A stretch of DNA of 64,000 bases from the human T2T-CHM13v2.0 reference genome, Homo sapiens, in NCBI RefSeq assembly GCF_009914755.1, contig NC_060936.1, one strand, 5' to 3'. A program made the translations under genes and the position numbers. This document shows positions 21,482 to 41,560 of this stretch, piece by piece. The notes beneath the pieces were generated by a model that searched no databases, was not told the origin of the DNA, and saw only the letters and a program-made list of their open reading frames with translations. The stretch's first letter is position 1, and every line of letters begins with the position of its first letter.

Positions 21482-21618
21482 TCATGTTTCTTTCTAATGA
21501 ATTGACCATTACATTTCCAAAGTTATGAAATGGCCAACAGACCATAGAAAGACAATTCTTTAGGCTCCTGCTTGAAACCAACAGCTTCAGCAAACTGCTG
21601 GCCTTGATTCAGGGCCAA
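21482..21618 (-). ncRNA. SNORA2B: H/ACA box snoRNA SNORA2B in KANSL2 intron 7
   Basis: 137 nt, TTGGCCCTGAATCAAGGCC...AGAAAGAAACATGA, with H box AAAGAA and ACA+3. Paralog of the other two copies. Confidence 0.92.
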
Positions 21619-21717
21619 AGGAAAACAAAATCCTTCAATTAAGCAAACTAGCACAGAGATTCCCACTAGTCTTCAAACTAGCAAACCACAGCCTTAACAG
21701 GCAGAGTAAAAAGATAC

Positions 21718-21814
21718 GGGTAAGGCAGTGTCTGGTCATTGGAAGAGACTGATTGGAACAACGAACATCATCCACAAAGGCCAAGCACCTCTGACTGGAA
21801 CGAGTGGTATGGGC
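21718..21814 (-). CDS. KANSL2: KANSL2 exon 7 ([32 protein letters not shown])
   Basis: Acceptor atttcag|GCC, 97 nt, phase 0 to 1. Encodes a Cys/His zinc-finger-like motif (C-x8-C-x11-C-x2-H) completed by exon 8. Confidence 0.93.
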
Positions 21815-23130
21815 CTGAAATGGAAAAAGACAGATAAAATAGACCCACAAAAGAACACACAAACAATTACGATGAAAATAGTTATATAAGAAAAGCACAT
21901 CCTAAAGGCTAGAAATTCAACATTTAACAAAAATAGATTCACCAATATTATGCAAAAGACAAAAAACTTTAAAACCTAGTGCATAAAGAATGAGTCAACC
22001 TCAATCCCAAATACACCTCTCCATATTCTAAAAGTGTGATATAGCCTATTTAACACAAATTTTGTCTTTTACCAACAGAACTCTGAAATTGCAGCCTTAA
22101 GTGGAATCTCAACAAATGAAACAAAATTACTCTTACTGAAACAGAGACCAAGGGTCTGAAAAACAAATTTAAGAATGATCACTTAATTCTTCTTCCTATT
22201 AACCTTACTTCCTGACATTCAATTGCTCCTATTCTACCTTCCCACCTTTTAAAACAAGATTCCCAAGCAATTTAGGATTAACCTGTGCTTATTTCTGAAC
22301 TGAAGAATATCTGAACCAAGGACTTAGAAACTTTTCCCAACTACTCAATATGCAGATGAGAATACTGAGGCCCAGAAAATTTAAGCTAACTGTGCAGACA
22401 CAGAGCTGGTCAGTGGGGACTCACACTAGAATCCATGTCTCCTGACTTCAAGCTAAGTGCTTTCACTATAACCCATGTGCAAAAAGTCAGATTTCAGATC
22501 CAAGACTGGACATAGGGAGTTCAAGACCAGCCTGACCAACATGGAGAAACCCCGTCTCTACTAAAAATACAAAATCAGCCAGACATGGTGGCACATGCCT
22601 GTAATCCTAGCTACTCAGGAGGCTGAGGGAGGAGAATCACTTGAACCCAGGAGGTGGATGCTGCGGTGAGCCAAGACGGCGCCATTGCACTCCAGCCTGG
22701 GCAACAAGATTGAAACTCTGTCTCAAAAAAAGACTGGACATAGTGTTTTGACAATTACTCTAACTTTGTAAATAAAGTGAACATGAACAGGCACGGTGGC
22801 TCATGTCTGCAATCCCAACACTTTGGGAGGCCGAGGTGGGTAGATCACGAGGTCAGGCATTGGAGACCAGCCTGGCCAACATAGTGAAACCCCAAAAAAT
22901 ACAAAAACATTAGCTGGGCGCATGGTGGTGGGCACCTGTAATCCCAGCTACTCGGGAGGCTGAGGCAGGAGAATTGCTTGAAACTGGGAGGCAGAGGTTG
23001 AGAGATCTCAGTGAGCCGACATCGCACCACTGCACTCCAGCCCGAGTGACAGTGCGAGACTCCGTCTCGAAAAAATAAAAACAATAAATAAAGTGAACGT
23101 ATATACCTTAAAGGTATACACACAAATTAC

Positions 23131-23297
23131 CTGTTGGGCAGCACCATCTGTGGCCAGCATTCTCCGTTCCTTCAACTGCCTATGCAGTAAGGCTTCCACT
23201 CCATAGCGCTGGCGGTATCGTCGCAGACATTTTAATCGCTTTAAGTTCTCTCGTTCTTTGGCCAAAAGTCCCTCTGGGCCAGTCAGGAGACTACTGC
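23131..23297 (-). CDS. KANSL2: KANSL2 exon 6 ([10 protein letters not shown]...ATDGAAQQ)
   Basis: Acceptor actctag|GC, donor CAG|GTAATT, 167 nt, phase 1 to 0. Confidence 0.95.
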
Positions 23298-23455
23298 CTA
23301 GAGTTACAAGAGTCAAGATGTTATTTGCCAAGCAATCCATCAAGGTTACGTCTCCAAGTCAACAAGTAAACAGGAAAATCCTTGGGCATAAGATAGGCAG
23401 TTTCAAAAGCAAATGACCCCCAATCCAGGTACCAAGACAGAAATAAATCTAATTA

Positions 23456-25765
<2,310 letters not shown>

Positions 25766-25824
25766 TACTACCAAATTCACATGTTAAACCCACAACAGCT
25801 TGTTGGAACTGGCATAAAACTTGC

Positions 25825-25988
25825 CTAGAGCTTCATGTTCCACTTTGCGATTATGTAAGTATCGGCGCTTCTTCTCCTTGAGCAGATGCTGAAGTCGTTT
25901 AAACTGATCAATATACAACGACTGCAAACGAATTAGCTTTTCACGCATAATCAGGGCCACTTCTTCTGCTGTGTAGACACCAGCATGT
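25825..25988 (-). CDS. KANSL2: KANSL2 exon 5 ([19 protein letters not shown]...VEHEAL)
   Basis: Acceptor ttttattccag|A, 164 nt, phase 2 to 1. The donor is non-canonical, TAG|GCAAGT. Not present in the ORF track because it has no start codon with sufficient length. Confidence 0.9.
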
Positions 25989-26375
25989 CTGGAATAAAAC
26001 AGAATTCAGCAAAGCATAAGAAAACAATAATAATAAAACCCAAGTTTGAAAGAGTAGAGATGTCAGACTAAGTTTGTTATTTAACAAGTGGTGACATAAT
26101 CACCTTAATGTTTTTGCAAAACATTGTACCATTCAAGTTGTTATTAAATAAAACAAAAGAGAAAATCTCCAAGAAAGAATACTAATCTGTGATTTCCCAA
26201 AATGGGGGAAGGAGAAATGTCTTATTTTTCCCAGCTATTTGCATTATGTTGAAAAGAAAGTGAACATGCGGAACACTTTAAACTTTTATTAATCTACATT
26301 CTTAATGTTTTGATATGAAATCATCACTTACCAGTCAAGACAGCTTTAAAGTGTTCAATTAACATGTATCTTTCA

Positions 26376-26437
26376 CATATACATATATACATGTATATAT
26401 ACGTATATATATATACATGTATATATATATATACGTA

Positions 26438-26460
<23 letters not shown>
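26376..26460. repeat. (TA)n / (TACA/TACG) compound microsatellite at an Alu tail
   Basis: Direct inspection; it abuts the poly(T) of the minus-strand Alu at 26461. Confidence 0.9.
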
Positions 26461-29462
<3,002 letters not shown>

Positions 29463-30131
29463 CTAAGTTACATCTTCAGAAAAATGGGTTATGCCTACAT
29501 TAACCTGTCTGTAACCTAAAATACTGAGGCCTTAACCTAATATAGAGTTTGTTAAAATGAAATTCACTTTTTGAATACTGAAAATGAGAAAAATAAAAAT
29601 TGTTTTAAAAAATTAATTTCACTGCACCCTGTCAGAAGAGAATTTAACCAATGGTCTGGAACTGAAATGTACCTATCTGAAGCCATTACTATTAGAAGTT
29701 ATTAGAAATCATTTGGTGGGGGCAGTAAGCAACCTACTAAATGAATGCCGGCTGGTTCATGTAACAGATGGCTCATTTACTTAAAGATGAATGCGCCAGA
29801 CTTTCAGAGCCGGACATTAAAATTATGTACTAATTCCCCTTGCTCTGGTATGCACAAATTAAAGTCAAGGTTTTATTATTAGCATTCATCTTCAAAAAAG
29901 AGGGTCTCACCTTATATTCTACTAAATAGTCTCTCTTATAAAGGGCATTCTCCAAATTTATTTGGAAAACAATGATGAAGATTCAATAATGTGAAATAAC
30001 CTTCAGCCAAACAAGTTATAGATGTTTATAGAGGTCATATGATACAATTATTATTTAAAAAAGGGAAATGAAAATTTAACAATTACCTTAAGGATAAAAT
30101 TTCTTAAGTATTAGATGTTGTAGACAAGCTT

Positions 30132-30732
<601 letters not shown>

Positions 30733-31644
30733 ATAAACAAGCTTTACTTTTAACAAAACAATTAAGTAAGTGGTTACTTTGAGGGAAATCATATATATAC
30801 TAACAGGAAGTTTAAAAAATCTATGCCAACAATATTCTAGTTAGGATCAAGTCTCTAGCAACATCATAAACAATATAAAATTGCCCTTTGTGTAACAAGC
30901 AATTGAAGATAAATGTGGTTAAACTATTAGATGATTCAAAAAGTGATCCTATTGATGACAAAGACACTGGTGCCCTAAGATAAAAATTCTTAATGAAAAG
31001 AATTTTACTCAGTGGACATACTACTAAATTACTATATTATTAAATATAAGAAGATAGTAATATGTAATCATAAGGAGACACTGAACAACTCTATTTACAT
31101 GCCTAAAAATGCATAAATTTAGTGGGTCTAAATTTTTTTAAAAAATAATCTCACTGAGGAAAATTAACGAAAGCCTTATACTTAGTTGCCTAATAGCTGA
31201 CCATATTTGGGGCTTTATTTTCTCTTCTGAACATGTTTCCTCTAGGAGAGAGTGACATCAACTGCCTAGTACTTTCCACATTTGTATTTCTCATAAAATG
31301 ACCTGGTATTTTGGTTTATACAGCAGCCTCCTGTAAGTTAAATCAGCATCCATGTGCCTCCTAGAGACTGATCCACTCTAGATTACTAACAAAATCAAGT
31401 TTCTCGACCTTAAGCTGAGTGTTTACCACACCAAACGACACTCCCTTTGTAACCCTAGAGAGCATACATCTCTTCAAAGCAGCAAGTTTGGCCATCTAGA
31501 ACCACAATGGAAAAAAAAGGAATGAAGCTGGGCCTGATGGCTCATGCCTGTAATCCCAGCACTTTGGGAGGCCGAGGCAGGTGAATCACGAGGTCAGGAA
31601 TTCGAGACCAGCCTGGCCAACATGGTGAAACCCCATCTCTACTA

Positions 31645-31911
<267 letters not shown>

Positions 31912-32012
31912 TTAGATGGGTTTTCTAAACTAGTACTTCCTGAATAGTTGACCACAGTGAGATTACTCAATAGAAATGGATGAAATTATTCTACTCAGAA
32001 AACGTAACCCTA

Positions 32013-32078
32013 ACATACGGCCATACTATCCGGAACATGCCCAACCTCCTCTGATCTCAGAAGCTAAGCAGGGTCAGG
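32013..32078 (+). pseudogene. 3'-truncated 5S rRNA retrocopy (tailless)
   Basis: TACGGCCATACTATCCGGAACATGCCCAACCTCCTCTGATCTCAGAAGCTAAGCAGGGTCAGG matches 5S rRNA nt ~1-66. It is flanked by the TSD AGAAAA(C/T)GTAACCCTA. Confidence 0.9.
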
Positions 32079-33061
32079 AGAAAATGTAACCCTAAATGAC
32101 TTCTTATAAACCAAAGAATCCAAAGTAATGAAGAAAATGCTATTGCAAGAACAAAAGCCCAATAGTCAATCTAGAAATTACCCCTTCCACTATTTACAGT
32201 CCCTTTACATAAACTGTCAGTACAAAGTGTTAAGACACAGAAGTCAGCAGGCAAACATTTTTAAAAACTACACCCAGACCTTGAGACACAGAAATATGAG
32301 ACTCCAGAGTGGTAATGTTTTTATGCTTCTACAACTCCTACGGTGATGATGGGTTAAGTGAAGAGCAGAAGCTTACTAAGATATAAACCTGATTAAGATA
32401 TAATCACTTTTGGGTTTCTAAATCGGTTTCTCTTTCTTAGGCATGAAACCAAACTCTTGAATACCTTTTTATTCTTCTTTTTAAAAAAAAAATCCACACA
32501 CAAAAAAACACTAAATGCTTGAGCTGATGAATATGCTAATTACCCTGATTTGATCATGACACAAGGTTTACAAGTATCCAAACATCACACTGTACCCCAT
32601 ACATTGTACAATTGTCAATTTAAAACAATATATAACTTTAAAAAATTTATAAATCCCATAAACACGACATTTTGCAGAAGTATTCAACTACAATCACATT
32701 ATTCCTGAGGTTTAGGCCAAGCACCCATTCACAACCATTTTCTCTTCTCTAAACTGGTCTGACCATTTCTCAATCCACCTCCCACACTCCCATGTCTAAA
32801 TTTCCTGTTTTCTCCCCTATACTTTCTCATACGTAGAATTTGGTGTTCAAACTTTTTTTAAATTACAAGGCTTCTAAAAAAGAATCATCCTGCCTTGAAG
32901 CAAGACGACAATGAACCATGCCACTTTTATATACAGAACCTCTTACTGCTGACAAATAGCTGTCTTCAACCCTCCTAGGTTACTAATTTATTAACAGCAT
33001 GCAGCACTACATTCCACATACTAACTACATTTCAAATGCCTTATGTGGAGTTACAACTTAC

Positions 33062-33176
33062 TTTAGGGGATCTTCTTGATCACTGTCTATGCTATCAGCT
33101 TCACTGTCAGGGTCACCTCTCCATGTCTGATCCACAGTAATGGGTTCCTGCTCCCCATCACTCCAGCTGTCTTCAT
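33062..33176 (-). CDS. KANSL2: KANSL2 exon 4 ([38 protein letters not shown])
   Basis: Acceptor cctcag|AT, donor AA|GTAAGT, 115 nt, phase 1 to 2; acidic segment. Confidence 0.93.
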
Positions 33177-33680
33177 CTGAGGCAAGGAAGGGAGAGCAGC
33201 CATTAAGACTTCCCACCTCTGTAACTCCACCACACAAAACTAGATTACTTTTATCAACCCAAACCTTGAAATTTTAAAAACAAAACAAAAAAAAAAACAC
33301 TTAGTACAAAGGTACTGGCAAATAAAAACGCTTTAAGAAAATACAACCCAAGTAAGATTACTTACAACATAAATGAGTAAACCATGCCCTCTCAAACAGA
33401 AAAATCAACTTAAAATTACTGTTTCCTGAAATTACCTAACAAAGCTGCTGAGCATTAAAAAAGCAATGAAAGAAATGGTCACCAACTCAGGAAAGTAAAC
33501 CTAGGCAAACACAACTTCAAATTCAAAAGAACTGGTAAACAACAAAGCAATCCCAGCATTCTCACCAAATTCCTGATGAATTAACAATATTGCCAAATAG
33601 ATCAAGGCATTGTGCTAACCCAAAATAGTTCCCCCTTAACTTTCTTCCTCCTTTTTCATTCCAGGAGAGAAGGTCCTTAC

Positions 33681-33859
33681 CTAGTATTCGGCTGGCTTCA
33701 CTGCGACTACTTTCTGGAGTCTGAGACCCCAGCTCTGTCTTAGCATATGAGCTCAGCTGGCACAGGAGTGTTTCACCCACAGGCCCTGGGTTGGTCTTCT
33801 TCATTTGAGCATGAAGTGCCAGGGCATTCCTACGGACATGTTCAGCACAGAAGGACACC
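33681..33859 (-). CDS. KANSL2: KANSL2 exon 3 ([15 protein letters not shown]...SEASRIL)
   Basis: Acceptor ctcttcag|G, donor TAG|GTAAGG, 179 nt, phase 2 to 1. Confidence 0.95.
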
Positions 33860-35407
33860 CTGAAGAGACAAAACATTAATATTTTATAAGTTCCTTCTTG
33901 AAAGCGTTCAATAATGTTCACAGTCCCTAATCTTTAAATCATTTTTAGGGAATTAAAATGACTATTACATTCATTTCTAAAAATGCAAGTCAGAGGAATT
34001 TAACTGGCCCAAGGTCAACTCATTTGACTTTATTAAAGGGAAATAACAGGACGGATGAAGTGGTTCACCCTTGTAATCCCAGCACTTTGGGAGGCTGAGG
34101 CAAGGGATTGGGTCTTGCTCTGTTGCCCAGGCTAAAGTGCAGTGGTGCAATCATAGTTCACTGTAGCCTTAAACTGCTTGGTTCAAGCGATCCTCCTGCC
34201 TCAGCCTCAAAGTAGCTAGAACTATAGGCATGCACCACTGTGCCCAGCAAATTTTTTTTAGTTTTTTGTAGAAACGAAGTCTATGTTGCCAAGTCTGGTC
34301 TGGAACTCCCAGGCTCAAGTGATCCTCCCACCTCAGCCTCCCAAGTAGTGGGGACTACATGTCCACGCCACTATGCCCAGCGAGTTTTTTAATCTTCTGT
34401 AGAGACGGGGTCTCACTGTATTGCCTGGGTTGGTCTCCAACTCCTGGCCTCAAGTGATCCTCCTCCCGTGGCCTCCCAAAGTGCTGGGATTACAGGCATG
34501 AGCCACTGCGACCAGCCAGGGACACAATTTTAAAACTATAAGATACGTAAAAAATTATCTAGTCAGGTTATGTTTTTGCATGGATACCTTTGCATACATG
34601 ATGAAAACTATGAAGCCTCTTACAGAAGAATACACACATATATAACTTTGCATGTTATTTAACAAAATTCATGGACAGCCAAATAGAGCCACACACCCCT
34701 CCATTAAGAAGAATTTTAGGGGCCAGGTGCGGTGGCTCACTCCTGTAATCCCAACACTCTGGGAGGCCGAGGCGGATGGATCACCTGAGGTCAGCAGTTC
34801 AAAACAAGCCTGGCCAACATGGTGAAACCCCGTCTCTACTAAAAAGTACAAAAATTAGCCGGGCATAGTGGCGCACGCCTTAAGTCCCAACTACTTAGGA
34901 GGCAGGAGAATCGCTTGAACCTGGAAGGAGGAGGTTGCAGTGAGCCGAGATCTCCACTGCACTCCAGCCTGGGGAATAAAGCAAGAATCTGTGCGCCGCC
35001 CCCCCGCCAAAAAATTAACTTTAGGGCCGGGCGCGGTCGCTCACGCCTGTAATCCCAGCACTCTGGGAGGCCGAGATGGGAGGATACCTTGAGGCCAGGA
35101 GTTTGAGACCGGCCTGGTCAAAATAGCAAGACCCCATCTCTCTTAAAAAAAAAAAAAAAAAAAAAAAGACTAATTTAGAATATGCCTTTATTTTACAGAT
35201 AAGGGAAAAGAACCAAAGAGGTGAACTAAGTAATCCAACTCAAGGGTCTTTCCAGTCTTCACCGTTTTTTCAGTTTTCCAAGGATACAACCATAACCCCA
35301 AATTTACAAGGACAAAATCTCAAACGCGGCAGCTATGCTGAAGCCCGCATCATATCACATACCCCCTCGCTTTAAGAAAAACGACATATATATCTATACA
35401 TATATAC

Positions 35408-35658
35408 CCATCTTTCTTCTCTGGCTTTGGGGCAGCATTGGGACATCTTTTTCCATTCTTCGTCGATATATAACTACACTGCTTGAAGGGTGCATTCTTG
35501 TCTTCAAGGATATGCTTAATGCAAAACTCCTGCCCCTCCAGACGAGGGTGAGAGCATGGACGATGAGTGAATGCACAAGACAGAGGTTCCTGAGACCTGG
35601 GCACTGGAGTGATCCTCCCCCGATTGGTTGGCAAGACGTGAATCCGAATCCTGTTCAT
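35408..35658 (-). CDS. KANSL2: KANSL2 exon 2 coding part ([10 protein letters not shown]...KPEKKDG); the exon begins at 35667
   Basis: Acceptor ccccgcag|GTTTTGGTT ATG, donor GG|GTATAT, 251 coding nt. Contains a Cys/His zinc-finger-like motif (C..C..C-IKH..C..C). Confidence 0.93.
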
Positions 35659-36560
35659 AACCAAAACCTGCGGGGTCAAACGAAAGACCAAAAAGCCCTT
35701 ACCCTTCCCGAAAATTCCTGCTCCACACAGATCGCGCGGACAGTTTCCAAAGGACATGCAGAAGTCGTCCCCGTAAGGTACGCTCCGTAAGTCCCCGCCG
35801 CCCTCCCCAAGTCTCCACAGGCATCTGTGGCTTTGCCTCCCTTTAGCGTGTCCCTCCATGCCCGGCCCCACCCCGAACCACACCACGCTGAATGTATCTT
35901 CAGGACTCGCACAGCTGCAGCACGAAGGGAAGCGACAACACCAGCCCCACGCGGCGGCCACGCCGCCTCCCCGCACGCCGCCTTTGTCCCGGCCTGCCTC
36001 AGAGCGCACGACTGGGCCTGGCCTCGGAAGCCTATGCGAGCGCCATTTTGTCCTACGGCTCCAGTCACCGGAGATCCTGGCTCCTGGAAGCCTGCAGGAA
36101 GGAGACTGACTCTGACACTGCTTTGAGGCGGAGTAGCAGCTCTGAGCTGACAAAAAGAGCGAAATAGCAGCCCAACCGCAAGAGCTTAGAGGAAAGAGCA
36201 CCGCCATCTTACCTCAGGAGCTGCGCTGCGCCGCACTCTGCCGCGCCGCTCGCCCTTCTCTAGTGGCGCCAGCGGCTCTCAGATCGGCCTCGCCCCTTTC
36301 CGGACTCCTGGCTACTCATTGGCTACCGCTCGTATGACAGGATGTCGCCATTGGCCGAGACCAACTACCTATCGTGTCTGGGAGGGCGGAGCGCTGAGAA
36401 AATGCGAGGTTGGGGTGGCTAAGACAGACTGTCTGTCAGCAACTCCGCCCGGAGGAGAGTGAGCCGGGGAAGGGGGCGGAGAGCGGGCTGCGGGGCGGGT
36501 TGCCAGCTAATATTTTTCCACCTTGCAGCGTGGCTCGTTTTCCGGCTACTTTTGGACCCT
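35640..36560. promoter_or_regulatory. CpG island / KANSL2 promoter and first intron
   Basis: High GC and CpG density. ATTGG boxes at 36318 and 36350, GC boxes at 36384, 36474 and 36493, YY1-like GCCAT motifs at ~36040 and ~36201, ETS-like TTCCGG at 36298. Confidence 0.9.
36213..36264 (-). other. KANSL2: KANSL2 non-coding exon 1 (TSS approximate)
   Basis: Strong donor GAG|GTAAGA at 36213/36212, immediately downstream of the CCAAT/GC-box promoter. Confidence 0.75.
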
Positions 36561-36626
36561 CAGTCTGTGGTCCTAGGCTGCTGTTCCCTCACCACTGTAC
36601 ACAGCTAGTATAAAATCAGACAGACA

Positions 36627-36935
<309 letters not shown>

Positions 36936-37740
36936 CAGACAGAGGCTGGAGGATCACTGTTTACACATAAAAAGTCTTTAGCTTTCTTTTGTGAACAGTT
37001 CAATACATGTACTGAACATTTGGTATAGAGAACACTGAGAAACATTTTTTGGGTGTTTACTGATTCTGGGAATTACATGTATAAAGTCATTGAATTTTTC
37101 AAAGCAACCCTAAGAGGTACAGGTTAGTATTATGTCCATTTTACAGATAAGAGGACTGAGGAACAGAATGGGACCATAGCTATTAAATGGGAAAGGAAGA
37201 CGAATTTGAACCCAGCCCGCATTCTTTATCCCTTATTGCCTCTTATATAGTAAAGAGCATTGGACTGAGAATAAGGAAATATTTGTTCTAGTTTAGGGCT
37301 GCTTCTCATAACTGTGTGCCCTGTCTTTAAAATTCCATGCTAAATAATGCAGGTATCATAAAAATGACAGACACAATACCAATCATACCATCCTTTAAGG
37401 ATTTTTAGTTTAAAAGCATCTTTCTGTCATCTCCACCACTTGTAGAAATGATTCCTAGCTTTCTTCCCATAACCCTTCTAGACATTTTTTGCTTTCCAGC
37501 ATCTCTTATCTCCTCACTGTCAGTTTAAGAAAGATGTTTTATCCATGCCTAACGAGCAAGTGAGCATGAGTCCCAGTGGAAGTGAACATAAAGATTCCAC
37601 AGCCCTCAAGAAAAACACTAAGGCTGGGCGTCATGGTTCACCACTGTAATCCCAGCACTTTGAAAAGCTGAGGTGGGAAGATCACCTGAGCTCAGGAGTT
37701 CGATCCCAGCCTGGGCAATATGGAGACACCTCATCTCAAA

Positions 37741-37775
<35 letters not shown>

Positions 37776-39214
37776 ATACACTATAGGACCGATAAATTAT
37801 TAAAAAAAAAAAAAAACCTTGGGGGTTGTGCTGTTTCCAGAGACTAGAGCAGCCCTAGAAGAAGGCCTGAAATTCATTCATTCAACGAATATTTATTGAG
37901 CACCTAAGTGCCAGGAGAGAACAAGGAAGATAACCCTGCTCTCTTGGAGTGAACATTCTAGGATAGCTTTGGATTATGGATGCAATACAAACATAATATT
38001 AATAACAATGATTTATATACATAAGCAAACAGACCAACCCTCAGGAGTACGAAAAAAGATGTTTTGTTATAAACACCCTATAATTAAAAAACAGCCAGAG
38101 GCAGTCATGTCACAGAAAATTTGGGAATCCGAATCTGCAACCAAATGTAGTAATATCAAAAAGCAACATTAAAACTACTGTAGTGAACAATATGAAGAGA
38201 CACAGGAATAGATGGGGAAGAAACAAAAGACTTTCTTTCAATGAATTTACTGAAGGTCTTAGTTGAAAAAAGAATCCTTCTTGTAAGTCCAAGACAGACA
38301 AAACATTACTATTTAGAACCACTTCTTTTTTTTTTTTTTTTTTTTAGCGGGAGTCTTGCTCTGTCGCCCCGGCTGGCTGGAGTGCAGTGGCGCGCGATCT
38401 CGGCTCACTGCAACCTCCGCCTCCTGGGTTCAAGGGATTCTTCTTCCTCAGCCTACCCCCCAAGTAACTGGGACAACAGGTGTGCGCCACCATGCTCGGC
38501 TAATTTTTTTATATTCTTAATAGAGACAGGGTTTCACCATATTGACCAGGCTGGTCTCCAACTCCTGACCTCGTGATCTGCCCACCTCAGGCTCCCAAAG
38601 TGCTGGGATTACAGGCGTGAGCCACCATGCCCGGCCTAGAACCACTTCTAAGTGAAAGGAGGGAGCAGATATTAAGAGCTCAAGATGTCAGCAAATTCTT
38701 TGTTCTGTTTAACAAAGTAGATGGCTTTTTTTTTTTTTTTGAGATGGAGTCTTGCTCTGTTGCCCAGGCTGGAGGTAGATGGTTATTTTTAATTCACTGA
38801 ACACTTTGTAGCTATTGAAGAGGTTAAAGTAGACCAGAAGCTATTTGTAAATAGGGATTAGGAAACTAGAGTTTGGGGGGCTAATCCTAGAGAAAAGTGA
38901 GAAAAAAGATGAAAACGGCTGGGCGCAGTGGCTCACGCCTATAACCACAGCACTTTGAGAGGCCGAGGCGGGTGGATCACCTGAGGCGAGGAGTTCAAGA
39001 CCAGCTTGGCCAACATGGTAAAACCCCATCTCTACTAAAAGTACAAAAACTAGCCAGGTGTGGTGGCATGTGCCTTAATCCCAGCTACTTGGGAGGCTGA
39101 GCAGGAGAATCATTTGAACCCAGGAGGCAGAGGGTGCAGTGAGCCAAGATTGTGCCACTGTACTCCAGCCTGGGTGACAGAGCAAGACTGTCTCCAAAAA
39201 AAAAAAAAAAAAGT

Positions 39215-41040
<1,826 letters not shown>

Positions 41041-41554
41041 CAGTCCACAGCACTTAGTTTTTTTTTTTTTAACTTTTTTTTCCCGAGACTGGGTATAGAT
41101 CTATAGCCCAGCAGGAGTGCAGTGGTCAATCATGGCTCACTGCAGCCTCCAATTGCTGGGCTCAAACAATCCTCCCTCCTCAGCCTCCCTAGTAGCTGGG
41201 ACTATACACTACTGTGCCTGGCTAATTTGTATGTCTGTGTGCAGAGATGGGGTCTCACTTTGTTGCTCAGGTTGGTCTTGAACTCCTGGCCTCAAGCAAT
41301 CCTCCCACCTCAGCCTCCGAAAGTGTTGGGAAGTAGGTATTATTTTCTAAAGAAGGAATGAATGAAAAGCAGGGGAGTGCTTCAAACCACACCAGAATTC
41401 CTAAACTGTCAGCATCTTCCTATTCTATCAGCAACTTCTGCAAAGATTTCCGATTTCATATTCTTTTCAGGAGCGGTATACAGTTTGTAAAATTAGCTAC
41501 CTTATTTTAGAAAACAGAAGAAACGACTCAAGTGACTTTTCAGAAGTATCATTA

Positions 41555-41560
41555 TTTATT
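41555..41560 (-). terminator. Candidate far-distal AATAAA for CCNT1
   Basis: Minus-strand AATAAA followed ~25-45 nt later by the GU/U-rich GTCGTTTCTTCTGTTTTCT. Confidence 0.55.

Noticed and set aside
29620-29870. Unique-looking, CpG-containing stretch in KANSL2 intron 4 as a possible cryptic exon or RNA
   Set aside because: There are no convincing splice-site pairs or H/ACA or C/D boxes; it could be an old transposon relic and needs RepeatMasker and conservation data.
35335-36167. Overlapping plus-strand and alternative-frame ORFs in the CpG island (151, 130, 99, 91 and 83 aa)
   Set aside because: Expected in stop-poor GC-rich DNA or antisense to exon 2; they have no recognisable product or splice support.
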